Positions 27,819 to 36,643 of a stretch of DNA of 64,000 bases are shown in pieces. Source of the DNA: an uncultured Muribaculaceae bacterium (lineage in GTDB: Bacteria; Bacillota_I; Bacilli_A; RF39; UBA660); contig CAZBOZ010000001.1 of assembly GCA_964493665.1 (NCBI GenBank), forward strand, positions 24,591 through 88,590. The letters are read 5' to 3'. A program made the position numbers and the translations under genes. Each line of letters opens with the position of its first letter. Position 1 is the stretch's first letter. The notes under the pieces are model-generated. The model was not told the DNA's origin and did no database searches. It saw only the letters and a list, made by a program, of their open reading frames with translations.

Positions 27819-30686
27819 ATGAAAGAAAAAAAGGGTTTTGCTTTAGTTGAATCTATTTTTATGATAGTGTTTCTTTCTGTGGCACTTCTTTTAGTATATA
27901 AAGCTTTTGCTTCTTCTTTTCAAGACGAAAGAAGAAGAATAAAATATGATAATACTACAAGTATTTATGAATTATATTTTATTAAACAATACTTTGAAGA
28001 AAATGGTATTTTAGATTATTTAACCACTGCTACTTTAACTGATGGGTATTTGGAAATAAATTGTTCTACAATAACCTCTAATAATAGTGAATATTGTGAT
28101 TTTTTAACATCATTTGATAGTTTTGATGTTAATAAAATATATATCACTAAATATGATATGGATGGAGTAGCATATGATAATTTAGATCCAACCACCATTG
28201 ATTATTTTAAAACTTTATCAGGCACGGATACAATTTCATATAGAATTATTGTTTGGTTTAATAATGACCAGTATGCTAGTATGAAATTAGGTGTTCCATA
28301 CCATAATTTACTTGTTTTATTAAATGGTGGTACTTGGACAGGGACTAATAGTCAAACTCTCATAGAAGGTGAAACAACAAATATTTTAAATCCTGTGAAA
28401 GATGGTTATATATTTTTAGGTTGGAGCATAAACGGAGCGGGCAGCAGTGTAGTTGATACTACTTTTACAATGGGGACTGAAGATACAATTATAGTTGCAA
28501 CCTGGATGGATTATTCGGTAATTTATACTTACACAGGAGATTATCAGACGTTTTCTATACCATTAACCGGCTATTATCAACTAGAAGTTTGGGGAGCCGA
28601 GGGAGGAAGTTACGATCCAACTCTAGGTCAACAAAAAGGAGCATATGCTAGTGGTTATATTAGTTTAAACAAAGATGATGTAATATATATTTATGTTGGA
28701 GGAGCAGGCACTACTAATGGGAATGGGACTACCATTCCTGGAGGGTTTAATGGTGGTGGCACTGCTTTGGGTTATAGTGATTCAAATAATGGTTCCGGGG
28801 GTGGAGCTACTGATATTAGATTAGATACTAGCTTGAACTCAAGAATATTAATAGCGGCCGGCGGTGGTGGCACAGTAGGACCAACAGTTGCTAGCGGAAA
28901 TTATGGGGGGTCTTTAATAGCAACAAATGCTGTTTGGACAGCAGGCAGTACATATACTGCTACAGGCGGAACACAAATTAGTGCTGGCGGTGGTACTGTA
29001 AGTGGAGCATTTGGTCAAGGAGCTAATGGTGGGACAACATATCGTGCTGGCGGTGGCGGTGGATATTATGGTGGTGGGGTTCATACATATACTGGTGCTG
29101 GGGGGTCCTCATTTATAAGTGGGTATGCTGGATCTAATGCTATAACAAGTTCATCATCTACTACGGCCACAAACAATACAATTCATTATAGTAATAATTA
29201 TTTTATCAATGGTTCTATGGCAACTAGTGTAAATTCTGGAAATGGCTATGCCAAAATAACGTTTATTGGAGAAGAAGCTCCAACTAGAATAAACACTAAT
29301 TTAAATAATGTAAGATACATAAAAGATTGCGTAAACGGTAATACTACTGATACTACAGCTTCTTGGGTGGAGTTACAAGCAATATATCAAGGGATAAATG
29401 TTGCCAAAGGCAAAACTGTAACAGGAACATCAGCTCAGAATGCTAGTTATCCTTATACAAGAATAGTGGATGGCGATATAACGCCAGCTAATTTTGCTAT
29501 TTCATCAGTAAACGGTGCACAATGTGTGACGGTAGATCTTGGGCAAACATATAATTTAGATGAAGTAGCTGTATGGCATTATTGGCTAGATGGCAGAACT
29601 GTATATAGCAATGTAACGTCAGTATCAAATGACAATTCTAGCTGGTCTACAGCAATCAGTTCTTTATATGCTGAAAATAGTCAAGGCAAAAGAATAAATG
29701 CTTATCAAAATGATTATCCATATACAGGGGCAGTTCAAACATTTACAGTGCCATATACTGGCAATTATAAAATTGAATTATGGGGAGCCAGTGGTGGTAA
29801 TGGTAGTGCAACATACACTGGCGGTATGGGCGGCTATACAAAAGGTGAAATATATTTAACAAAAGATACCGATTTATATATATATGTTGGTGGGGTTGGG
29901 CCAGCAGTAGGAACTGCAACGAACACAGCTGGTGGATATAACGGTGGTGGTAATTGCTACTCTTATGCAGCAAATTATGTTACAGGATGTGGTGGCGGAG
30001 CAACAGATATTAGAACTACATCAGGTGTATGGAACAATTCCACATCACTTGCTTCAAGAATCATGGTAGCTGGTGGTGGTGGTGGTGGCCATTATCGTTC
30101 TGATACTTCAAGCAAAGGTGGCCAAGGTGGTGGGTTAACCGGAAATATATCTTATGGCGAAACCTCGGCTTATGGCAAACTATATCCAACTGGCGGATCT
30201 CAAACTGCTGGTGGTGCAAAAGGCTATGTAGACGCTTCTTCAAGGATAACTTCTTTAACAGATTCTGGATTTGGCTATGGTGGTTCAGTTAATGCCTCCG
30301 CATTAACATGGAACCTTATAGGTGGCGGAAGTGGCTATTGGGGTGGTGGAGCCGGAGTATTTATGGCTGGATCTGCGGGTTCGTCATATATTAGTGGCCA
30401 TACGGGTTGTATAGCAATAACTTCATCATCAAGCACATCGCCAAGAACAGGAACAGCAGGGGCACCATGTTCACAAGGCGGAACAGATAATTTATGTAGC
30501 ATTCATTATAGTGGCAATTATTTTACGAACACTTTAATGATAGATGGTGCTGACTACACTTGGACAAATATTAAAGCCTCTAAAGTTGGAACAAATGCTA
30601 TGCCACGACCAAATGGAGGCAGTTATCAGCCTGGATATGGTAACACTGGTAATGGTTATGCCAAAATAACTTATATTGGTAACTAA
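27819..30686 (+). CDS. giant prepilin-type modular surface protein (pilin-like N-terminus, Listeria-Bacteroides repeat, 2 Gly-rich modules, discoidin-like domain)
   Basis: KKGFALVESIFMIVFLSV is a class III signal peptide with the G-F-x-x-x-E motif. DGYIFLGWSINGAG...TIIVATW is a flg_new-like repeat. Two paralogous modules of about 250-320 aa run from YTGxxQTF..WGAxGG to GNGYAKIT(F/Y)IG. VDLGQTYNLDEVAVWHYW is F5/8 type C-like. Confidence 0.6.
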   Translation: MKEKKGFALVESIFMIVFLSVALLLVYKAFASSFQDERRRIKYDNTTSIYELYFIKQYFEENGILDYLTTATLTDGYLEINCSTITSNNSEYCDFLTSFDSFDVNKIYITKYDMDGVAYDNLDPTTIDYFKTLSGTDTISYRIIVWFNNDQYASMKLGVPYHNLLVLLNGGTWTGTNSQTLIEGETTNILNPVKDGYIFLGWSINGAGSSVVDTTFTMGTEDTIIVATWMDYSVIYTYTGDYQTFSIPLTGYYQLEVWGAEGGSYDPTLGQQKGAYASGYISLNKDDVIYIYVGGAGTTNGNGTTIPGGFNGGGTALGYSDSNNGSGGGATDIRLDTSLNSRILIAAGGGGTVGPTVASGNYGGSLIATNAVWTAGSTYTATGGTQISAGGGTVSGAFGQGANGGTTYRAGGGGGYYGGGVHTYTGAGGSSFISGYAGSNAITSSSSTTATNNTIHYSNNYFINGSMATSVNSGNGYAKITFIGEEAPTRINTNLNNVRYIKDCVNGNTTDTTASWVELQAIYQGINVAKGKTVTGTSAQNASYPYTRIVDGDITPANFAISSVNGAQCVTVDLGQTYNLDEVAVWHYWLDGRTVYSNVTSVSNDNSSWSTAISSLYAENSQGKRINAYQNDYPYTGAVQTFTVPYTGNYKIELWGASGGNGSATYTGGMGGYTKGEIYLTKDTDLYIYVGGVGPAVGTATNTAGGYNGGGNCYSYAANYVTGCGGGATDIRTTSGVWNNSTSLASRIMVAGGGGGGHYRSDTSSKGGQGGGLTGNISYGETSAYGKLYPTGGSQTAGGAKGYVDASSRITSLTDSGFGYGGSVNASALTWNLIGGGSGYWGGGAGVFMAGSAGSSYISGHTGCIAITSSSSTSPRTGTAGAPCSQGGTDNLCSIHYSGNYFTNTLMIDGADYTWTNIKASKVGTNAMPRPNGGSYQPGYGNTGNGYAKITYIGN
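28527..29276 (+). repeat. internal Gly-rich module copy 1 (intragenic duplication)
   Basis: Protein-level repeat from YTYTGDYQTFSIPLTGYYQLEVWGAEGG to GNGYAKITFIGEE. The terminal about 30 nt are also near-identical to copy 2 at the DNA level. Confidence 0.6.
29718..30686 (+). repeat. internal Gly-rich module copy 2
   Basis: Runs from YPYTGAVQTFTVPYTGNYKIELWGASGG to GNGYAKITYIGN, with the same order of Gly runs, DIR motif and NYF motif as copy 1. Confidence 0.6.
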
Positions 30687-30689
30687 AAA

Positions 30690-31691
30690 ATGGTGATTAT
30701 ATTAAAAAATAAAATATTGAATTTTTTAAAATTTAATTATAAATATATAATATTGAGTTTTTTTACATTTTTACTAATAACTATAAAACTTCCTTATGTA
30801 ATTTATATTCCTGGCGGAACTATAGATTTAACAGATAGAGTCATCGTTTCTAATAACAATAATTTAAGTGGCTCATTTAATATGGCTTATGTATCAATGT
30901 TAGATGGACATGTCCTTTTAATATTATTAAGTTATATTATGCCTAATTGGGATTTAGTAAAAAGTGCTGATATAGTATATGAAGATGAAAGTGTTGAAGA
31001 AATGCTTGAAACTGACAAAATATTTTATGAAGAATCAATAAATAGTGCTATAGTAATTGCTTATCAAGAGGCGAATGCTAATATTATTATAAATGGCCTT
31101 AAAAACGAAATAGTATTTATTTCTTCTTATGCTGAAACCGACTTGAAATTAGGCGATATATTAATTCAAGCTGATAATATCAATATAGAGGATTTAGATA
31201 AATATAAAGATGTTATTGAAAGTCATGTCGTAGGTGATGAAATTAATTTAATTGTATTAAGGAATAATAAAGAAACAACTGCTAACATTATGGTTAAAAA
31301 TATTGATGGTGAAAAGAAAACGGGAATAGCAGTAGTATCACTATATGATTTTTCTGCCGATCCAAAAATAGAAGTAAAGATGGTAGAAAGCGAATCTGGC
31401 CCTTCCGGGGGTTTAATGATAGCTTTAGACATATATGATAAACTAACAGACTTTGATTTAAGCCGTACTAGAAGAATAGCCGGTACAGGAACAATTGATA
31501 ATGAAGGCAATGTTGGCGAAATAGGAGGAATTAAGTACAAGATCTTAGGAGCTATAAATGATGAAGTTGATGTTTTTCTTTGTCCATCTGCTAATTACGA
31601 AGAAGCTAAAGTTATATTAGACAAAGAAAGTTCAACTATGAAGCTAATAAGTGTTAACTCTTTAAAAGAAGCAATTGAAGCCTTAAGTTAA
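30690..31691 (+). CDS. YlbL/SepM-like membrane protease (PDZ plus Lon-like S16 domain)
   Basis: N-terminal TM helix with the PYVIYIPGG motif, a PDZ-like middle, and a C-terminal ESGPSGGLMIALDIY...IAGTGTIDNEGNVGEIGGI that parallels B. subtilis YlbL. Confidence 0.8.
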   Translation: MVIILKNKILNFLKFNYKYIILSFFTFLLITIKLPYVIYIPGGTIDLTDRVIVSNNNNLSGSFNMAYVSMLDGHVLLILLSYIMPNWDLVKSADIVYEDESVEEMLETDKIFYEESINSAIVIAYQEANANIIINGLKNEIVFISSYAETDLKLGDILIQADNINIEDLDKYKDVIESHVVGDEINLIVLRNNKETTANIMVKNIDGEKKTGIAVVSLYDFSADPKIEVKMVESESGPSGGLMIALDIYDKLTDFDLSRTRRIAGTGTIDNEGNVGEIGGIKYKILGAINDEVDVFLCPSANYEEAKVILDKESSTMKLISVNSLKEAIEALS

Positions 31692-31730
31692 ATTGCTTTT
31701 TTATTTGTAAAAAGGTATAATAATTACTAG

Positions 31731-34274
31731 GTGTTTTATATGAATAGGAAAGACGTTAATATAAATGATTTAAGTCCAATGATGAAACAATATATGGAAA
31801 TAAAATCTCGTTATGAAAATGAGCTTTTGTTTTTTCGTTTGGGAGATTTTTATGAACTTTTCTTTGAAGATGGAATTTTAGCGTCTAAAGAATTAGAATT
31901 AACTTTAACTGGGAAGAATGCTGGTTTAAAAGAAAGAATTCCAATGTGTGGAGTTCCTTATCATTCAGTTAAACCCTATATTGAAAAATTAATATCTAAA
32001 GGCTATAAAGTGGCTATTTGTGAGCAATTAGAAGATCCTCGCAGTGTAAAAGGTATGGTAAAACGTGATGTTATTCAAGTGGTAAGTAAAGGAACTTTCA
32101 TTGATTTAGATTTTTTAAATGATTATGATCACAATTATATTGGTAGTTTGCTTGATTTTAATCATAGCTATGTTTTAACTTATACAGATATATCAACAGG
32201 ATCTTTATATTCATTAATGCTTCCTCATATTAAAGAAAAAGCTATAAATGAAATTTTAAGTTTAGGACTAAAAGAAGTTATATTACTAGATTCTAATGAT
32301 TTAGAATTAATAGAAACTTTAAAAGATAAAAACAATATTAGTATAGATACATCTGATAAATATTTGGAAGAGGAATATAAGTATTTATATAATAATATCG
32401 AAGAACCGAAAATAATTGCTGGTATAAAGCATATTCTTTATTATTTAGTAGTAAAAGAATTAAAAGATTTAAGTCATTTTAATGAAGCTATTATTGTAAA
32501 TCCTAATCTTTATTTAGAATTAGATATTCATACTATAAGAAATTTAGAATTAATTGAGACAATTAGATTAAAAGAACGTAATAATAGTTTAATATGGTTA
32601 ATGGATAAAACTAAAACAGCAATGGGGTCTAGGCTTTTAAAAACTTGGCTATTAAATCCTTTAAAAGATATTAAAGAATTAAATAAAAGATATGACCAAA
32701 TAGAAAAGTTAAATAGTGAGTTTTTAATAAAAGAAGAATTGAGAAGAGATTTAAATGAAGTTTATGACATTGAAAGATTATGTGGCAAAGTAGTGGCTGG
32801 TAATTTAAATGCTCGTGACTTAATTCAAATTAAAAATTCTTTAGATGCTTTGCCTGATATTAAAAACAATTTAAATAAATTAGGATTTAAATATAAATTA
32901 AATATTGAAAACAAACTAAAAGAATTATTAGAAAATTCTATTTCTTTAGAAGCTCCAATTACCTTACATGATGGTGGATTAATAAAACATGGTTATAATA
33001 AAGATTTAGATGAACTAAAGAGCATTCGTAGTGGCGGTAAAGATTATTTAGCTAAAATAGAGCAAGATACCAAAGAGCAAACTGGTATTAAAAATTTAAG
33101 AGTAGGGTATAATAAGGTATTTGGTTATTTTATTGAAGTATCTAAAGGCCAAATAAAAAATGTTAATCCAGCTTTTGGTTGGGAAAGAAGACAAACTTTA
33201 ACGGACAAAGAAAGATATATAACTCCTGAATTAAAAGAAAAAGAATCATTAATATTAAATGCTGAGGAAAAAATAATTAATTTAGAATATGAATTGTTTT
33301 TAGAAATTAAAGAAGAAGTTAAAAAAGAGATATTTAATTTAAAACAAATTGCTAATGTTTTAAGCGAAATAGATGCTTTGTGTTCTTTATCAGTCGCCAG
33401 TGAAGAATATAGTTTAGTAAGACCTTTATTAACTGAAAAAAGAGAGATTGTAGTTAAAGATGGTAGACATCCAGTAGTAGAAAGACTTAGTCACCATGAA
33501 TATGTTGCTAATGATATTTTGCTGCCAGAAGAAATTCACACATTATTAATAACTGGTCCTAATATGGCTGGTAAAAGTACTTATATGAGGCAACTGGCTT
33601 TAATAGTCATAATGGCCCAAATGGGTTCTTTTGTTCCTGTTAAAGAAGCCAAATTACCTATATTTGATAAAATATTTACTAGAATAGGGGCTAGTGATGA
33701 TTTAGTTGGCGGAGAATCTACTTTTATGGTAGAAATGAAAGAAGCCGAAAATGCTATTCGTAATGCTACTAAAGATAGTCTAATATTATTTGACGAACTT
33801 GGTAGAGGGACTGCTACATATGATGGAATGAGTTTGGCAGAATCAATTTTAGAATATATAAATAACAAAATAAAATGTAAAACGTTATTCTCAACTCATT
33901 ACCATGAATTAACTGACTTAGAAAAAAGATTTCCTGGTATAAAAAACGTTCATGTGAGTGCTTTAGAAGAAGATGGCAATATTATCTTTCTACATAAAGT
34001 AAAAGATGGATCCGTAGATAAAAGCTATGGGATTCATGTTGCTAAATTAGCTAATATGCCTAATGATGTAATAGCTAGAGCTAGCGAAATATTAAATCAA
34101 TATGAAAAAGCTAATGGTAAAAAGATTAAACGTGATGAAAGCCAAGTTAAATTTGATTTTGTTGAAGAAAAACCAAATTTAGTAAAAGAAAAGCTAGATA
34201 GTATAGACCCACTTAAAATAACTCCTTTAGAAGCATTAAATATTTTATATGAATTAAAACAAGAAAATAAATAG
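31731..34274 (+). CDS. mutS: DNA mismatch repair protein MutS
   Basis: N-terminal mismatch-binding LSPMMKQY...GDFYELF, an ABC ATPase GPNMAGKST, and a DELGRGT Walker B. Confidence 0.9.
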   Translation: MFYMNRKDVNINDLSPMMKQYMEIKSRYENELLFFRLGDFYELFFEDGILASKELELTLTGKNAGLKERIPMCGVPYHSVKPYIEKLISKGYKVAICEQLEDPRSVKGMVKRDVIQVVSKGTFIDLDFLNDYDHNYIGSLLDFNHSYVLTYTDISTGSLYSLMLPHIKEKAINEILSLGLKEVILLDSNDLELIETLKDKNNISIDTSDKYLEEEYKYLYNNIEEPKIIAGIKHILYYLVVKELKDLSHFNEAIIVNPNLYLELDIHTIRNLELIETIRLKERNNSLIWLMDKTKTAMGSRLLKTWLLNPLKDIKELNKRYDQIEKLNSEFLIKEELRRDLNEVYDIERLCGKVVAGNLNARDLIQIKNSLDALPDIKNNLNKLGFKYKLNIENKLKELLENSISLEAPITLHDGGLIKHGYNKDLDELKSIRSGGKDYLAKIEQDTKEQTGIKNLRVGYNKVFGYFIEVSKGQIKNVNPAFGWERRQTLTDKERYITPELKEKESLILNAEEKIINLEYELFLEIKEEVKKEIFNLKQIANVLSEIDALCSLSVASEEYSLVRPLLTEKREIVVKDGRHPVVERLSHHEYVANDILLPEEIHTLLITGPNMAGKSTYMRQLALIVIMAQMGSFVPVKEAKLPIFDKIFTRIGASDDLVGGESTFMVEMKEAENAIRNATKDSLILFDELGRGTATYDGMSLAESILEYINNKIKCKTLFSTHYHELTDLEKRFPGIKNVHVSALEEDGNIIFLHKVKDGSVDKSYGIHVAKLANMPNDVIARASEILNQYEKANGKKIKRDESQVKFDFVEEKPNLVKEKLDSIDPLKITPLEALNILYELKQENK

Positions 34275-34282
34275 GAGGAAAT

Positions 34283-34564
34283 ATGAAGGAAGTAAAAACC
34301 ATATGGGGAAGAAAATTAAATAGCAAGGATATGAAAAAAAGAATAAAAACATATCTATTTGAATCTTTGTTTTTTTCTTTAGCAATGTCTGCTTTAGATG
34401 TTTTGGGAATATTTGCTAGTAAAAATAAATCAGTATTTTATTTTTTTGATAACTATACAATTAATTTTGTTATTACAGTATTCATAACAGCTTTAATCCT
34501 TTTTGCTATATCATTTGGTTTCAATTATTTATTATGTGAAAAGGAATTTAAAAAAGTAAAATAA
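34283..34564 (+). CDS. small hypothetical membrane protein
   Basis: 93-aa ORF with two hydrophobic helices. No family recognised. Confidence 0.35.
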   Translation: MKEVKTIWGRKLNSKDMKKRIKTYLFESLFFSLAMSALDVLGIFASKNKSVFYFFDNYTINFVITVFITALILFAISFGFNYLLCEKEFKKVK

Positions 34565-34590
34565 TTTTTTGATATGTTATAATGGAGTAG

Positions 34591-35004
34591 GTGAAATGTA
34601 TGGGTAAAACGAGAAGTGAATTAAGAGAAAAATGCATGGTTATTTTGTACCAAGTAGAATTATTAGAAAAAAATAACATTGAATATAATGTTGATTCTTT
34701 AATAAAGGATAATATTGAAGTAGAAAATGAATTTGTTAAAGAGATCGTTTATGGAGTTACTACTCATTATGATGAACTAAATAACATAATAAATAAATAT
34801 TTAATTAATTGGGATATAACTAGGATAGATAAAACTGGAGCAGCTATTTTAAGAATAGCTGCTTATGAGCTTATTTATACTGAAACTCCACCATTAGTCG
34901 TAATAAATGAAGCAATTAATTTAGCTAAAAAATATAGCGATGATTCAATAAGAAAAATTATAAATGCTTCTTTAGATAGAATGAGAAAAGAATATGAACG
35001 ATAA
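34591..35004 (+). CDS. nusB: transcription antitermination factor NusB
   Basis: About 135 aa with an all-helical NusB fold and the AAILRIAAYEL motif. It lies upstream of xseAB as in Bacilli. Confidence 0.75.
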   Translation: MKCMGKTRSELREKCMVILYQVELLEKNNIEYNVDSLIKDNIEVENEFVKEIVYGVTTHYDELNNIINKYLINWDITRIDKTGAAILRIAAYELIYTETPPLVVINEAINLAKKYSDDSIRKIINASLDRMRKEYER

Positions 35005-36190
35005 ATATTTTACTGTCAGTGATATAAATAAGCATATTAAAGGCTTGGTAGATGGTGATAACTTTTTAAATAAAATATATTTAAAAGGTGAAATATCTAA
35101 TTTTAAGTTTCATAGTAGAGGACATCTTTATTTTTCTTTGAAAGATGAAGAAAGCAAGATAAATGCGGTTATGTTTGAGTTTAATCGTTTAAAAGGATTG
35201 GATTTTGAACCAACAGATGGTATGAATGTTTTAATAGAAGGCAAAATAAGTGTTTACATTCCTAATGGTGGTTATCAAATATATGTCGAAAAAATGACTC
35301 AAGATGGACTTGGCAATTTATATATTGAATTTGAAAAATTAAAAAAGAAATTAGAATTAGAAGGTTTATTTGGTATAGAACATAAGAAGCCAATTCCTAA
35401 GTTTCCAAATAAAATTGGGATTATAACGGCTTCTACAGGAGCTGCTATAAAAGATATATTAAGTACTATAAAAAGACGTTATCCAATATGTGAAACTATT
35501 TTATTCCCATCTTTAGTTCAAGGCGATGGTGCTAAGGAAAACATTGTTAAACAGATCAAAGAAGCTAACAATTATGATTTAGATGTGATCATATTAGGCC
35601 GTGGCGGCGGTTCTATAGAAGATTTATGGGCATTTAATGAAGAAATAGTAGCCAGAGCCATATATGATTCTAAAATACCAATAATAAGTGCTGTAGGCCA
35701 TGATGTCGATTTTACTATAAGTGATTTTGTGGCTGATTTAAGAGCAGCAACTCCTACTGGTGGTGCTGAACTAGCAGTGCCAAATATAACTGATTTAATT
35801 ACTTTAATAAAACAATATGAAATCAGAAGTTATCAAACAATAAATAATTATCTAAATAGTTATTTAAATAAATTAAAAGCTATAAAGGAATCATATATAC
35901 TTAAAAACCCTTTAGCTTTATATGAGATAAAAGAACAAAAACTAAGTAATTATATGGATAGATTAAATACTTATATTGATAATAAATTAGAAAAACATAA
36001 ATTTAGTTATAAAATATTACTTAATAAAATAAATCTGCTTAATCCTTTAAAAATATTAGAAAAAGGATACGGAGTAGTATCTAAAGATAAAGAAATAATT
36101 AAATCTACTAAAAAGCTAAAGGTAAATGATGAAGTAATTATTAAATTATATGAAGGTAAATTGAAAGCTTTAGTAAAAGAAATTTTATAG
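34994..36190 (+). CDS. xseA: exodeoxyribonuclease VII large subunit
   Basis: OB-fold N-terminus (LKGEISNFKFHSRGHLYFSLKD) and a catalytic RGGGS motif. Confidence 0.9.
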   Translation: MNDKYFTVSDINKHIKGLVDGDNFLNKIYLKGEISNFKFHSRGHLYFSLKDEESKINAVMFEFNRLKGLDFEPTDGMNVLIEGKISVYIPNGGYQIYVEKMTQDGLGNLYIEFEKLKKKLELEGLFGIEHKKPIPKFPNKIGIITASTGAAIKDILSTIKRRYPICETILFPSLVQGDGAKENIVKQIKEANNYDLDVIILGRGGGSIEDLWAFNEEIVARAIYDSKIPIISAVGHDVDFTISDFVADLRAATPTGGAELAVPNITDLITLIKQYEIRSYQTINNYLNSYLNKLKAIKESYILKNPLALYEIKEQKLSNYMDRLNTYIDNKLEKHKFSYKILLNKINLLNPLKILEKGYGVVSKDKEIIKSTKKLKVNDEVIIKLYEGKLKALVKEIL

Positions 36191-36199
36191 GAGGAATAT

Positions 36200-36424
36200 A
36201 TGGAAAAGAAAGAAGTTAAGTTTGAAGAAAAATTCAAAGAATTAGAGCAAATAGTTAATGAATTAGAAAAAGGTGAGGCTGATCTAGATTTATCTATCGA
36301 AAAATACACAAAAGCTATGAAACTAGCTAAAGAATGTGGAGATAAATTAACTGAAGCCAGCAAGAAAGTAAATAAAATAATTGATGAAGATGGTATGTTA
36401 AAAGATTTTGATATTGTTGAATAA
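36200..36424 (+). CDS. xseB: exodeoxyribonuclease VII small subunit
   Basis: 74-aa helical protein with the FEEKFKELEQIVNELEKGE motif, directly after xseA. Confidence 0.85.
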   Translation: MEKKEVKFEEKFKELEQIVNELEKGEADLDLSIEKYTKAMKLAKECGDKLTEASKKVNKIIDEDGMLKDFDIVE

Positions 36425-36450
36425 AAAACACTTTGTTAAGTGTTTTTTAA
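36425..36450. terminator. bidirectional rho-independent terminator
   Basis: aaaacactttgttaagtgtttt perfect hairpin with T-runs on both strands, between xseB and a convergent small ORF. Confidence 0.6.
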
Positions 36451-36453
36451 TTA

Positions 36454-36549
36454 CTATCTTATTAAATATGCAATTACCATGGCTACAACGCCAGATACCA
36501 TAATAAATAAAGATATCCAGGCAACGATCTTCAACGTCTTTTTATTCAT
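36454..36549 (-). CDS. small hydrophobic peptide (31 aa), candidate
   Basis: The minus strand reads ATG preceded by GAGGTG and encodes MNKKTLKIVAWISLFIMVSGVVAMVIAYLIR, a single TM helix. It is not in the ORF track. Confidence 0.3.
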   Translation of the reverse strand: MNKKTLKIVAWISLFIMVSGVVAMVIAYLIR

Positions 36550-36593
36550 TTATTCACCTCTTGTACTAATAATAATTTACCATAATTTTTTAT

Positions 36594-36622
36594 TTGTGTA
36601 AATAAGTTAAAAATGATATAAT
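36594..36622 (+). promoter_or_regulatory. promoter candidate TTGTGT-17-TGaTATAAT upstream of mnmA
   Basis: Extended -10 TGATATAAT about 20 nt before the mnmA RBS. Confidence 0.45.
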
Positions 36623-36643
36623 TTCTCCGAGGTGTAAACCAAA

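Noticed and set aside
29743-30243. Two His-rich ORFs (76 and 60 aa) on the minus strand inside the giant Gly-rich gene
   Set aside because: They are antisense to GGT/GGC/CAT-rich coding sequence, so the His runs are a mirror artefact of the Gly codons. They have no RBS and are fully embedded in a well-supported plus-strand CDS.
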